Source of the DNA: an uncultured delta proteobacterium
GTDB taxonomy: Bacteria; Myxococcota_A; Polyangia; Polyangiales; Polyangiaceae
Direction of reading: 5' to 3'
DNA length: 64,000 nt
Assembly: GCA_963696385.1 (NCBI GenBank)
Contig: CAVOKF010000005.1
Coordinates: 800,001-864,000, forward strand
Every line of letters starts with the position of its first letter. Positions within the stretch are counted from its first letter, which is position 1. The position numbers were made by a program, and so were the translations under genes. Shown here one piece after another: positions 52,039-60,925 of the stretch. A model generated the notes under the pieces. The model did no database searches. It worked only from the letters and a program-made list of their open reading frames with translations, and had not been told where the DNA came from.

Positions 52039-53579
52039 GGGGCCAGACCGCCTCGCCGCCGACCTAGAGCCTCGCGGACGCGCGGGTCGAGCGCTCCGTA
52101 CGCGAGGTCGCTTGCCACGAGCCCTAGGGTGACGGCGATCGCGGCGCCAAAGAGCACCGCCATCAGCCACGCCGAATCGTGGGATTCGATCGCGCGAATC
52201 GTCTCCCGGCCGATTCCGGGCAAGTCGAAGACCTCCTCGACGACGAACGCGCCGCTGAGCAGTGCCGGTAAACTCAACCCGGCGACTGTTACCGACGGCA
52301 AGAGCGCGTTGCGTAACGCATGACAGACGAGCACGCGCCACGGAGGCACGCCCTTTGCGCGCGCCGTCCTAATGTAGTCTTGGTGAATGACGTCGAGCAT
52401 CGCCGAGCGCTGCCAGCGCGCCAGCGTCGCGAGCGAGCCCGCGGCGAGTGCGGCGACGGCCCAACCGATTCGCGCTCCGCCGCTCGGGAGTGCGGCGGTC
52501 GCGCGCCGCAAGAGCTCCGCAACCGCGAACGTCGGGGTAGCATACATCACGAAGAAGATGGCCGAGCTCACGACGTCGAACGCGCGCCCCCGCCGCCAGG
52601 CGGCGAAGGCCCCGACGGGGACCGCGATCGACCCGCTCACGAGCATCGCCAGGGCGCACACGAGCAGCGTCAGAGGCGCCCGATCGCGAAGCTTGGTCGC
52701 AATCGATTCGCCATCGACGGCGCTGACGCCGAGTTCGCCGCTCGCCACGCGCCGCAGCCACTTGCCGAAGCGCGTGTCGGTGACGACCGAGACGATCCCA
52801 TCGACGCCGTTCAACTTCGCGAAGTCCGTTCCGTACACGAACCACCATTCGCTCCAATCCGCGACCGTGCGGCGCGCGTACTCGCTGTCGCTGTCCGGCT
52901 CGACCACCTTGCCCCGTTCGGCGGCGTGACGCGCCAATCGAGTCAGTCGCGCCAAGACGGTCGGATCGTCGGTCGTCCGCATCGCGCGCACGAGGGGCTG
53001 AAGGGCGAACGTGTCCAACACCCGCAGGTCGCGTTCACGAGAGTCGCCGCCGTACTCCACAAGCCGTGCGACGGCGCGGGCGGCCGCGGCACGCGTGAAG
53101 TCCAGGGCCCGGTCATCCCAGAAGCGGGCCCAGAAAAGCGCGGCCACGTCGGGCTCGGTCAGGTCGCGCCCGTCCGCGATCTCCATTCGCCGCGCGACGC
53201 GTGCGAGTGCGACCGCAACGCGACGTCTCGCATCCGGAGGCAGGGCTTCGAGCTCGGGCAGCACGTAGGGCAATGCCGCTCCCCCCAGGCGTCCCAACTC
53301 TCGCTCCGCGGCTTCGTGCCGCGCGCCGCCCGACGCCACATCCGCGAGCGCCTGGCGCGCTCTCGAGCGCACGTCGCGCGGAGCCGGGTTGAAGAACGAC
53401 GGCAAATCGAGAAACCGCGCTCGACGCGCCTGCTCGAACGCATCGGCCGCCGTGGTGTCGCTCGGGTTGCGCGGGGGAGCGGGCTCCGGCGCGAGCGTCG
53501 TGACCAGGAACAGTACGAAGCTCGTCGCGAGCAGTGTGGGGATGGACCACAGGACGCGACGAAGGGCGTAGCGAAGCAT
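52035..53579 (-). CDS. Peptide/nickel ABC permease (OppB/DppB-like) with large inserted helical domain
   Basis: MLRYALRR, DYIRTARAKG, HALRN, VEEVF.LPGIG, DLAYGALDPRV; 514 aa. Confidence 0.88.
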   Translation of the reverse strand: MLRYALRRVLWSIPTLLATSFVLFLVTTLAPEPAPPRNPSDTTAADAFEQARRARFLDLPSFFNPAPRDVRSRARQALADVASGGARHEAAERELGRLGGAALPYVLPELEALPPDARRRVAVALARVARRMEIADGRDLTEPDVAALFWARFWDDRALDFTRAAAARAVARLVEYGGDSRERDLRVLDTFALQPLVRAMRTTDDPTVLARLTRLARHAAERGKVVEPDSDSEYARRTVADWSEWWFVYGTDFAKLNGVDGIVSVVTDTRFGKWLRRVASGELGVSAVDGESIATKLRDRAPLTLLVCALAMLVSGSIAVPVGAFAAWRRGRAFDVVSSAIFFVMYATPTFAVAELLRRATAALPSGGARIGWAVAALAAGSLATLARWQRSAMLDVIHQDYIRTARAKGVPPWRVLVCHALRNALLPSVTVAGLSLPALLSGAFVVEEVFDLPGIGRETIRAIESHDSAWLMAVLFGAAIAVTLGLVASDLAYGALDPRVREALGRRRGGLAP

Positions 53580-53605
53580 CCCGCTCCGTTATACGCCCCC
53601 ATCCA

Positions 53606-55437
53606 ATGAAATTCGCAGACTTACGCGAGCGGGCCGAGCGCTGGATCGCGGACGACCCGGACCCTGTGACGCGAGATGAGCTTCGGGCGTTGCTGACCTG
53701 CGAGGACCTTGCCGAGACCGATCTGGAAGAGCGCTTCGCGGGCCCGCTCGAGTTCGGCACGGCGGGGCTTCGAGCGGTGATGGGCGCCGGGCCGAATCGC
53801 ATGAATCGTGCCGTCGTGGCGCGCGCGACCTGGGGGCTTGCGCACGAGATTGTGGCCACGGTGGCGCGCGCTGGCGAGCGCGTGGTCGTGGTGGGCGGCG
53901 ATGCTCGGAAGATGAGTCGGGAGCTGTCCGACGACGTGGCCGCGATCTTGGCTGCCGCTGGGCTGCGGGTTGTGCTTTTCGGCGCCCCCGTGCCGACGCC
54001 CCTGGTCGGCTTTGCGGTCAAGCGCCTCGGCGCCGCCGCCGGTGTCGTCATCACGGCCAGCCATAACCCGCCCGATTACAATGGGTACAAAGTCTACTGG
54101 GAGGACGCGGCGCAGATTGCGCCTCCCGCCGATGCCCGCGTCTCGGCGGCCATCGGTCGGGCCCCTGCGGCTCGCGACATCGAGCGACCCTCGCTTTCGG
54201 CTCTGCGCCAGGCCCATCGCGTCGTGGACGCGTCGCCGGAAATCGAATGCGATTACCTGGAGGCTGTCCGGTCGCTTTCCGTACACCCCGAGGAGGGCGA
54301 CCGGCGACTGTCGATCGTGTACACGCCCCTTCACGGCGTGGGGGGGCGCTCGTGCGCCGCGCATTCGAGGATGCGCGCTTTACGTCGTTCCTGAGCGTTG
54401 TCGAGCAGGACAAGCCCGACGGGACGTTTCCCACGGTAGCGTTTCCGAATCCTGAGGAGCCCGGTGCCCTGGATCGCGCCTTGGCGCTGGCCGCCGAGGT
54501 GGGCGCGGACTTGGTGCTCGCCAACGATCCCGATGCCGATCGACTCGCGGTCGCCGTTGCCCGGACGAAGGGCGGTCGAGACGCGGTCGCGGGACGGGGC
54601 GCTTCGCTGCAAGCGGCCGACATCGAGACTCCGAAGGCGGCCCCGCGCGCCCGATCGTATCTCCAGCTGACGGGCAACCAGGTTGGAGTTCTGCTGGGCC
54701 ATTATCTGTTGACCGAGAGGGCTGCGACCTCGCGGCCGCGGGCCGTGGTCACATCCATCGTGTCGTCGCCGCTTCTGGGTCGCATCGCCTTGGATTTGGG
54801 CGTGCACCACGAACAAACCCTGACTGGCTTCAAGTGGATCGCCAAGCGGGCCATCGAGCTCGAGCACGAGGGCTACGAGTTCGTGCTCGGCTACGAAGAG
54901 GCCCTCGGCTACTGCGTGGGTTCCGTGGTCTACGACAAGGACGGAATCTCCGCGGCGCTGATCGTCGCGGAGATGGCGGCCGTGCACCGGGCGCGCGGCC
55001 GGACCCTCTGCGACGTTCTCGACGAGATTGCTCGGCGTTGGGGGGTTTTCGTGAGTGCGCAGGTGAGCATCGCACGCGAAGGTGCCCGCGGTCGCGCGGC
55101 AATCGGTGCCATGATGGACGCGCTGAGAACGCGGCCCCCGTCGGAGGTAGCGGGCGATGCGGTCGTCGGGATGGCCGATTACGGAGCGAGCGCGCACCTG
55201 GATTTTCGCACCGGGGCGCGATCGCCGCTCGCGCTCCCCTCGAGCAACGTTCTGTCCCTTGAGCTTGCCTCGGGCAGCCGGATCATCGCGCGCCCGAGCG
55301 GCACGGAGCCGAAGGCCAAATTCTACTTCGATGTCTGCGGATCCGTCGGCCCCGCCGACACGGTGGCCGAGGCGTCGGCCCGTGCGGAAGTCGCCATGCG
55401 GCGCCTCGCCGACGCATTTGTGGGGCCACTGGCTTGA
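53606..55437 (+). CDS. Phosphohexomutase (PGM/PMM family); frameshift in G7 run 54340-46
   Basis: FGTAGLR, TASHNP, YTPLHGVG, NDPDADR, GYEEALG, RPSGTEPK. Confidence 0.92.
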
Positions 55438-55462
55438 CACGGCACGACTTTCCCATCATTTT
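55434..55462 (+). promoter_or_regulatory. Sigma-70-type promoter for rpmI-rplT
   Basis: TTGACA (55434-39), 17 nt, CATTTT (55457-62). Confidence 0.5.
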
Positions 55463-55498
55463 GCCGGCCCCCTGCTGCCTTGCGGGGTCAGGTGCATC

Positions 55499-55696
55499 AT
55501 GCCGAAGATGAAGACGAAGAAGGCGGCGGCCAAGCGCTTCCGGATCACGGGCAAAGGCCGCGTTCGCCGTCCCAAGGCCGGTGGCAATCACGGGATGCAG
55601 GAGAAATCGCGCAAGCGCCTCCGACGGCTGCGCCAGAACGACATGGTCCACACATCGATGGAGAAGCACGTGAAACGCCTTCTCCCGTACGGCTGA
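55499..55696 (+). CDS. rpmI: 50S ribosomal protein L35
   Basis: [20 protein letters not shown]...LLPYG, 65 aa. Confidence 0.97.
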   Translation: MPKMKTKKAAAKRFRITGKGRVRRPKAGGNHGMQEKSRKRLRRLRQNDMVHTSMEKHVKRLLPYG

Positions 55697-55706
55697 AGGA
55701 CGAACC

Positions 55707-56054
55707 ATGCCCCGCGCCAAACGAGGATTCAAGGCTCGCCGCCGCCGCAATCGGATTCTGAAGGCAGCGAAGGGCTACCATAGCGCCCGTTCGCGCCTCT
55801 TCGCCTACGCGAAGGAAGTCGTGATGAAGGCGTGGGTGTACGCCTACGCGCACCGCAAGCTTCGCAAACGCGACTTTCGACGGCTCTGGATCGCGCGCAT
55901 CAACGCCGCCGCTCGGCTCAACGGAACGACGTACTCGCGGCTGATGCATGCCCTGAAGAAGAGCGACATCGGACTGGACCGCAAGGTTCTGGCGGACATT
56001 GCCGTGAGCGACGCCGCCGGCTTCGGCGAAATCGTGAAGAGCAGCGCGAGCTAA
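55707..56054 (+). CDS. rplT: 50S ribosomal protein L20
   Basis: [33 protein letters not shown]. Confidence 0.98.
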   Translation: MPRAKRGFKARRRRNRILKAAKGYHSARSRLFAYAKEVVMKAWVYAYAHRKLRKRDFRRLWIARINAAARLNGTTYSRLMHALKKSDIGLDRKVLADIAVSDAAGFGEIVKSSAS

Positions 56055-56062
56055 CCGGGGAT

Positions 56063-56527
56063 CTACCGCTTTTTGGTCATCGTTGCGATCTTCGCGAGTA
56101 CCTCGGTGATCTTGAATGGTTTGGTCACGTAATGCCGAGCTCCGGCGTTGATTCCGCCCACCAAGTCGATGGGCGAGCCGCGAGCCGTGAGAAATAGAAG
56201 GGGGACCCGTTGCAGCGTGGGATCTTTACGCAGCAACTTCGCGAGGCCCAGCCCATCGAGCCGCGGCATCATGATGTCGCTCACGATCGCGTCGGGGGTC
56301 GGAATGCGATCCAGTAACTCGCGAGCCTCCAGGCCGTCGCTGGCCTCATAAACGATGTAGGTCGTTCCGAGCGCTCGTACGAGCATCGTGCGAATGGTGG
56401 AGTCGTCGTCGACCACCAGCACCACCGGAGCCGCCGCGTTCGGCATGGCCGCCGGCTTCGGCGCCTGTGGAGGTACCCGGGTCGAGGTCTTCGGATCCTT
56501 CGGTCCAGCTCCACCGGTGTTGGACAT
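56063..56527 (-). CDS. Single-domain response regulator (CheY-like receiver)
   Basis: VLVVDDD, SDIMMPRLDG, FLTA, YVTKPF. Confidence 0.9.
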   Translation of the reverse strand: MSNTGGAGPKDPKTSTRVPPQAPKPAAMPNAAAPVVLVVDDDSTIRTMLVRALGTTYIVYEASDGLEARELLDRIPTPDAIVSDIMMPRLDGLGLAKLLRKDPTLQRVPLLFLTARGSPIDLVGGINAGARHYVTKPFKITEVLAKIATMTKKR

Positions 56528-56551
56528 GCGTACGAAACCTCGGCTCTTATG

Positions 56552-56728
56552 TAGTACAGCGCCCCGTTGAACGGTACCCAGCCGCGGGACGGGCGTGCCC
56601 ACGAAGCCCATTGTGTCGCTTCGCGAGCAGGACCCAGCTCGGGACGGGCGTGCCCACGAAGCCCATCGTGTGGCTTCGCGAGCGGGACTCGCAGTCGGTC
56701 GCTCCGAGCCCGTCTGCCACCTGTGCTA
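56552..56728. mobile_element. Family A-related element with internal ~55-bp tandem duplication
   Basis: 56552-82 matches the reverse complement of the copy-1 right end at 28/31; closes with CTGTGCTA (56721-28); tandem units 56576-631 and 56632-686. Confidence 0.7.
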
Positions 56729-56745
56729 ATCGGGTGCTTCTCGCC

Positions 56746-57843
56746 ATGAACACGTCCGATCCCGGTGCGATCCCGCAATCGATCGAGCGCTCGCTTTCGG
56801 TCTTGAGAGCCACTTTCCGGACGCGCTTCGAAGCGGCAGCCACCGAGCAGTCCTTGCGCGATGAAAATGCGAAAATCCTCGGAAAAAAAGGCGAGTTGAA
56901 GGCCATTTTGAACGCTGTCGGGTCCGTTCCGGCCGAGCACCGCAAGGCCGTGGGCGAACTTGTCAACTCGCTGCGGCGCGACGTGGAGGCTTCGTTCGAA
57001 GAGCGCCTGCGCGCAATCGACCGTCTCCGGCGCGCCGCCGAACTCGAGGCTCCGCCATTCGACGTCACGCTGCCGGGCCGCGAGCCGGCTCCGCTCGGGC
57101 ACCCCCATCCGATCTCTCGCGTGCGCGACGAAATCGTCGATGTTCTGGTCAGCTTGGGATTTGCGGTGCACGACGGACCGGAGATCGACGTCGAGGAGAA
57201 CAACTTCGCCAAACTCGGATTTGCTCCGGATCACCCGGCCACCGACATGCAGGACAGTTTCTGGGTCGATGTCGCCGGAGGTCCAGCCGGCGAATCGTCC
57301 CGGACGTTGCTTCGCACGCACACGAGCAATGTGCAGATTCGTGCGATGTCGACGCGCCCGCCCCCGATGGCGTTCATCGCTCCAGGGGTGGTTTATCGTC
57401 GCGACGACGATGCCACGCATTCGCCGATGTTTCACCAGATCGAGTGCTTCCTGGTGGACGAGCGCGTCAGCATGGCCCATCTGAAGGGCGTTCTGGCCGA
57501 GTTCGCCGAGCGCTTCTTCGGTGCCGGAACCCCGATTCGTTTGCGGCCGAGCTACTTCCCGTTCGTCGAGCCGGGCGCCGAAGTGGACGTAGGTTGTCCG
57601 TTTTGCAAGAGGCAGGACGGGACGCGCGTAGGGTGCAGCGTCTGCAAGCGCACCGGGTGGATCGAGATTCTCGGCTGCGGCATGATCCATCCGGTCGTCT
57701 TCGAGAGCTGCGGGATCGACCCGGACCGGTGGACCGGGTTCGCCTTTGGAATGGGCATCGAGCGCGTGGCGATCGTGCGGTACGGAATCCCCGACATTCG
57801 GTTGCTGTTCGAGAACGACCCGCGGTTCATTGCGCAATTCTAG
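56746..57843 (+). CDS. pheS: Phenylalanine--tRNA ligase alpha subunit
   Basis: DVTLPGR, GHPHP, HPATDMQDSF, LLRTHTS, HSPMFHQIE, YFPFVEP, GFAFGMGIER. Confidence 0.98.
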   Translation: MNTSDPGAIPQSIERSLSVLRATFRTRFEAAATEQSLRDENAKILGKKGELKAILNAVGSVPAEHRKAVGELVNSLRRDVEASFEERLRAIDRLRRAAELEAPPFDVTLPGREPAPLGHPHPISRVRDEIVDVLVSLGFAVHDGPEIDVEENNFAKLGFAPDHPATDMQDSFWVDVAGGPAGESSRTLLRTHTSNVQIRAMSTRPPPMAFIAPGVVYRRDDDATHSPMFHQIECFLVDERVSMAHLKGVLAEFAERFFGAGTPIRLRPSYFPFVEPGAEVDVGCPFCKRQDGTRVGCSVCKRTGWIEILGCGMIHPVVFESCGIDPDRWTGFAFGMGIERVAIVRYGIPDIRLLFENDPRFIAQF

Positions 57844-57901
57844 TGTCCTGTCTTCGAGATCTAGCTGGATCATTCGGAGCGCCTCGAAGAACACGACGCT
57901 A
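57841..57901. repeat. TA-bounded 61-bp inverted-repeat element (family C) starting at the pheS stop codon
   Basis: TAGTGTCCTGTCTTCGAG vs reverse complement of right end TAGCGTCGTGTTCTTCGAG. Confidence 0.55.
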
Positions 57902-57903
57902 AC

Positions 57904-57925
57904 CGAAGCCGCGGGAGCGGCTTCG
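57904..57925. terminator. GNRA-capped hairpin between convergent genes
   Basis: CGAAGCCGC-GGGA-GCGGCTTCG perfect 9-bp stem; no U-tract. Confidence 0.5.
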
Positions 57926-57998
57926 CGTGCGCCCCGGGACCCGCAGAAGGCACCGGCTCTCCCCATGGAGCCACCGCTGAGCGCGACGCCACCTCGAC

Positions 57999-59006
57999 TC
58001 AGAATCGGACCGATAGGTCCAAAGCCGCGCCTCCCGGCAAGGGAACAACCGCCGCCCCGGTAGCGGGTGGGGCCGTTGACCGCCCGCTGGGCCAGAACAG
58101 CCAGCCGAAGACAGCGCCGGCGCTCAGCGCACCCGCACCGGCAAAGAGCGTCGTGCTCGCCTTCAGATCGGCGTGTTGCGTGTCGACCTTGCTGCGAAGG
58201 GTGGCGCACATGGCGATAGTCGTGGCGCTCGTCGCTATCGTGCAGGCATCCATCGGGCCGAGCTTCGCTCGGATCGACGTGGCATCCGTCTGGTTTTGAT
58301 CCCCGGCGAGAGAGAAAAAAATGCCGGTGGCCAGGGCCGCGAGGGCCCCGAGGGCCAGCGAGCCGGCGACGACGTGCCGGGCCGATAAAGCCCGCTCGTG
58401 GGTCGCTTCGACCGGCTCCGCGCCCGACGATTCCACCGAAGTCGACGCGGATGGTTCGGAGGCATTCGCCGCCTTGAGCGTGACGCTGACCCCGCGTGCC
58501 TTCTCTCCCGCGCGAAGAACGATCTTCTGGTCCACCGGCATGCTGCCCGGGCGCTCGAAATGCAAAACGTGCTCTCCTGTGTCGACTTCGATCGGCTTGC
58601 CGTCGAGAACGGTCGCAAAAGGGGCACCGTCGAAGGTCACCGCTACGTCGGTCAAATCCGTACCCTGCTCGTCCTTGGCGCCGAGCACGATGGTCGGCGC
58701 GTTCTCGTCGATTTCGTGCAGCCACTTGGTACACGACTCGACGACGACGCGCGGACACGAGTCGGCCGAGCAACGGACGAATGCCGTGCGGGCCGCGCGA
58801 TATTTCCCGTCGTCACGCTGACTCTGACCCTGCTCGGCCGCAGCGATGCACGCCTCCTTGTCGCCCGGCGTCTTATTGACCGTCCTGTCGTCGGCGCTGC
58901 TGATCGCGGGCACCACGACGAGCGCCATCATGGATCCGACACGGGCGGCGCGGATCGGTCGAACCACGGCTCTCGCCCACCGCGGGGTCGAAGGGCGATC
59001 GCGCAT
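57999..59006 (-). CDS. TPR/PEGA-like exported partner of the kinase
   Basis: CIAAAEQGQ..RDDGK...FVRCS..CP motif, PEGA-like region, C-terminal TM; TGATG overlap with kinase. Confidence 0.75.
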   Translation of the reverse strand: MRDRPSTPRWARAVVRPIRAARVGSMMALVVVPAISSADDRTVNKTPGDKEACIAAAEQGQSQRDDGKYRAARTAFVRCSADSCPRVVVESCTKWLHEIDENAPTIVLGAKDEQGTDLTDVAVTFDGAPFATVLDGKPIEVDTGEHVLHFERPGSMPVDQKIVLRAGEKARGVSVTLKAANASEPSASTSVESSGAEPVEATHERALSARHVVAGSLALGALAALATGIFFSLAGDQNQTDATSIRAKLGPMDACTIATSATTIAMCATLRSKVDTQHADLKASTTLFAGAGALSAGAVFGWLFWPSGRSTAPPATGAAVVPLPGGAALDLSVRF

Positions 59007-60625
59007 CACAGGCAGTTCGGCTTGAAATGAATGTGTCCTTTGGCGTCGGCGGTATACGGGGGGTTGCACTCGCCGGGCGCCGAGACACTTGGGGGGGCCG
59101 GCCCGGGCGCGCTGGTAACGGCTGGAGGAGCGGCTCTCCATGGCTGCGCTCGGGCGGCCGGCGGCGGAGCCGCTATCCGGGGCGCCGAAGAAGCGGCCGT
59201 TGGCGAAGCGGACGCCGGTACGCTCGATGTTGCCGCGGGCGGTGGCGGCGCACCCAGCATGATCACCGGCGGGTTGCCCGGCGGTGCAAGGCCGCTCTTC
59301 GCCATCGGCTCGACCGAGCGCGTTGCGTGCGACAGAAGGCCGACCGCGCGCGTTTGCGAAAATACGACGAGCCCCAGAAGCAGAACGAGCGCGCTCACCG
59401 AAATGAGTAGAGTCGATACGAGCTTGCGCGAACGGCGCTTGCCGGATGGCACGGTCGCACGGGCAAGCGACAAGCTGGAGACTTGGGAGACGTCGGGTTG
59501 CGTGCGCGCGGACGATGGAGCCAAACCGTCTCGCGGGGTCGGTCGGCCCCAGACGAGGCTTTGCATCTGGGGCGACCGCCGGGCCACGCCGGTCGACGCT
59601 CCGACCCCGTCACGAGAGGCGGCCAGCCAATCTTGGTCCACGGCTTCGGAGGCGGACCGCTCGATTTCCGCGACGTGCGACGCGCGCTCACGAAGCTCGT
59701 CGGCGGCCGTCGCTTCGACCCATTCGCCAATTTCAGTCGGCGATGCGATGCCGATGCACGCGTCGAGGTCGACGGCCATCTCGCGCGCCGTCGCGTAGCG
59801 CTTTGCGGGGTCTCGCTCGAGGCCGCGCAATACGACCCGGTCGAACGTGCCTGGCAGCTCGGCCACGATGGAGCTCGGCTCCGGCACCTCGGCGCACAGG
59901 ACGCGCGCGAGCACGCTCGCCTCATTCTCGGCGTAAAATAGGCGCTTGCCGGTCAACGCTTCCCACAGGACCACCGATGCTGCATAGACGTCGGTTCGGC
60001 GTGTCAACGGATCGCCGCGAACTTGCTCCGGCGCCATGTATGCAAGTTTGCCCTTGAGTTGACCGTCGCGCGTCGTCTGCAGTCGACCCGAAGCCTTCGC
60101 GACGCCGAAGTCGAGCAGCCGGGCGACGCCGTCGGTGCCGACCAGAATGTTCTGGGGAGAAACGTCGCGGTGGACCATGTCCAGCGGTTCGCCACGGTCG
60201 TTTCTTGCCTCGTGGGCGGCGTGCAGGCCCTGAAGGACGCCGCTGACGATGCCGGCGCCGACGAGCGGCGGAACGCGCGCGCCACGCTTGCGCATCGTTC
60301 GGACGAGCTGTCCGAGCGCCGCGCCGCGCACGTATTCCATCACGAGGAATACCTCGTCGTCCTCAGCAACCACATCGAGGGTTGGAACGACGTTCGGGTG
60401 CGTGATGCGAGCGGCGAGCCGCGCCTCGTCGAGAAACATTTTGACGAAGTCCGGATCGCGGGCGAATTGCGCGTGCAGCCTCTTAATGGCGACAGGTCGG
60501 GCGAAGCCGGCCGGGCCCACCAGCCGTCCAAAGTGGACGGTCGCCATCCCGCCCGACGCGATCTCGCCGTAGAGCACGTAGCGCCCGACGATGCGCGGGG
60601 CATTGGCCTGTAAAGCTGCAGCCAT
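59006..60625 (-). CDS. Membrane-anchored Hanks-type Ser/Thr protein kinase
   Basis: IASGGMATV, VAIK, HRDVSPQN, DFG, YMAPEQ; TM plus Pro-rich tail; AAGGAGG SD. Confidence 0.96.
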   Translation of the reverse strand: MAAALQANAPRIVGRYVLYGEIASGGMATVHFGRLVGPAGFARPVAIKRLHAQFARDPDFVKMFLDEARLAARITHPNVVPTLDVVAEDDEVFLVMEYVRGAALGQLVRTMRKRGARVPPLVGAGIVSGVLQGLHAAHEARNDRGEPLDMVHRDVSPQNILVGTDGVARLLDFGVAKASGRLQTTRDGQLKGKLAYMAPEQVRGDPLTRRTDVYAASVVLWEALTGKRLFYAENEASVLARVLCAEVPEPSSIVAELPGTFDRVVLRGLERDPAKRYATAREMAVDLDACIGIASPTEIGEWVEATAADELRERASHVAEIERSASEAVDQDWLAASRDGVGASTGVARRSPQMQSLVWGRPTPRDGLAPSSARTQPDVSQVSSLSLARATVPSGKRRSRKLVSTLLISVSALVLLLGLVVFSQTRAVGLLSHATRSVEPMAKSGLAPPGNPPVIMLGAPPPPAATSSVPASASPTAASSAPRIAAPPPAARAQPWRAAPPAVTSAPGPAPPSVSAPGECNPPYTADAKGHIHFKPNCL

Positions 60626-60925
60626 TATCCTCCTTATATGGTAACCCGATGTGTCGGGGATCGGCTACCCTCGGGCGACGATCGGGGGGGTACTCGACGA
60701 CCGACGTCGGGGGGGCCGGCCCACACGGAGAATCGGTCGCGACGTGTCGATCGCATCTCCGCAGAGAAACAAATATAGTTTCATTTCATATGTTTATGGC
60801 GCGTGCGCATGTCCCACACGTTTCGCGCCTACATCGGTACCTCGTTCGAGGCGGGGGAAGCTTCGCCCGGCATGCCTAAATGACGAGCCGCCGCGCCACA
60901 ACATAAGCGTCCACTAAGATCTTCC

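Noticed and set aside
56576..56686. Possible CRISPR array or T-box/pheM attenuator upstream of pheS
   Set aside because: Only two abutting units with no spacers and no cas genes; no T-box motif or Phe-rich leader peptide seen; the end matches the dispersed family A repeat
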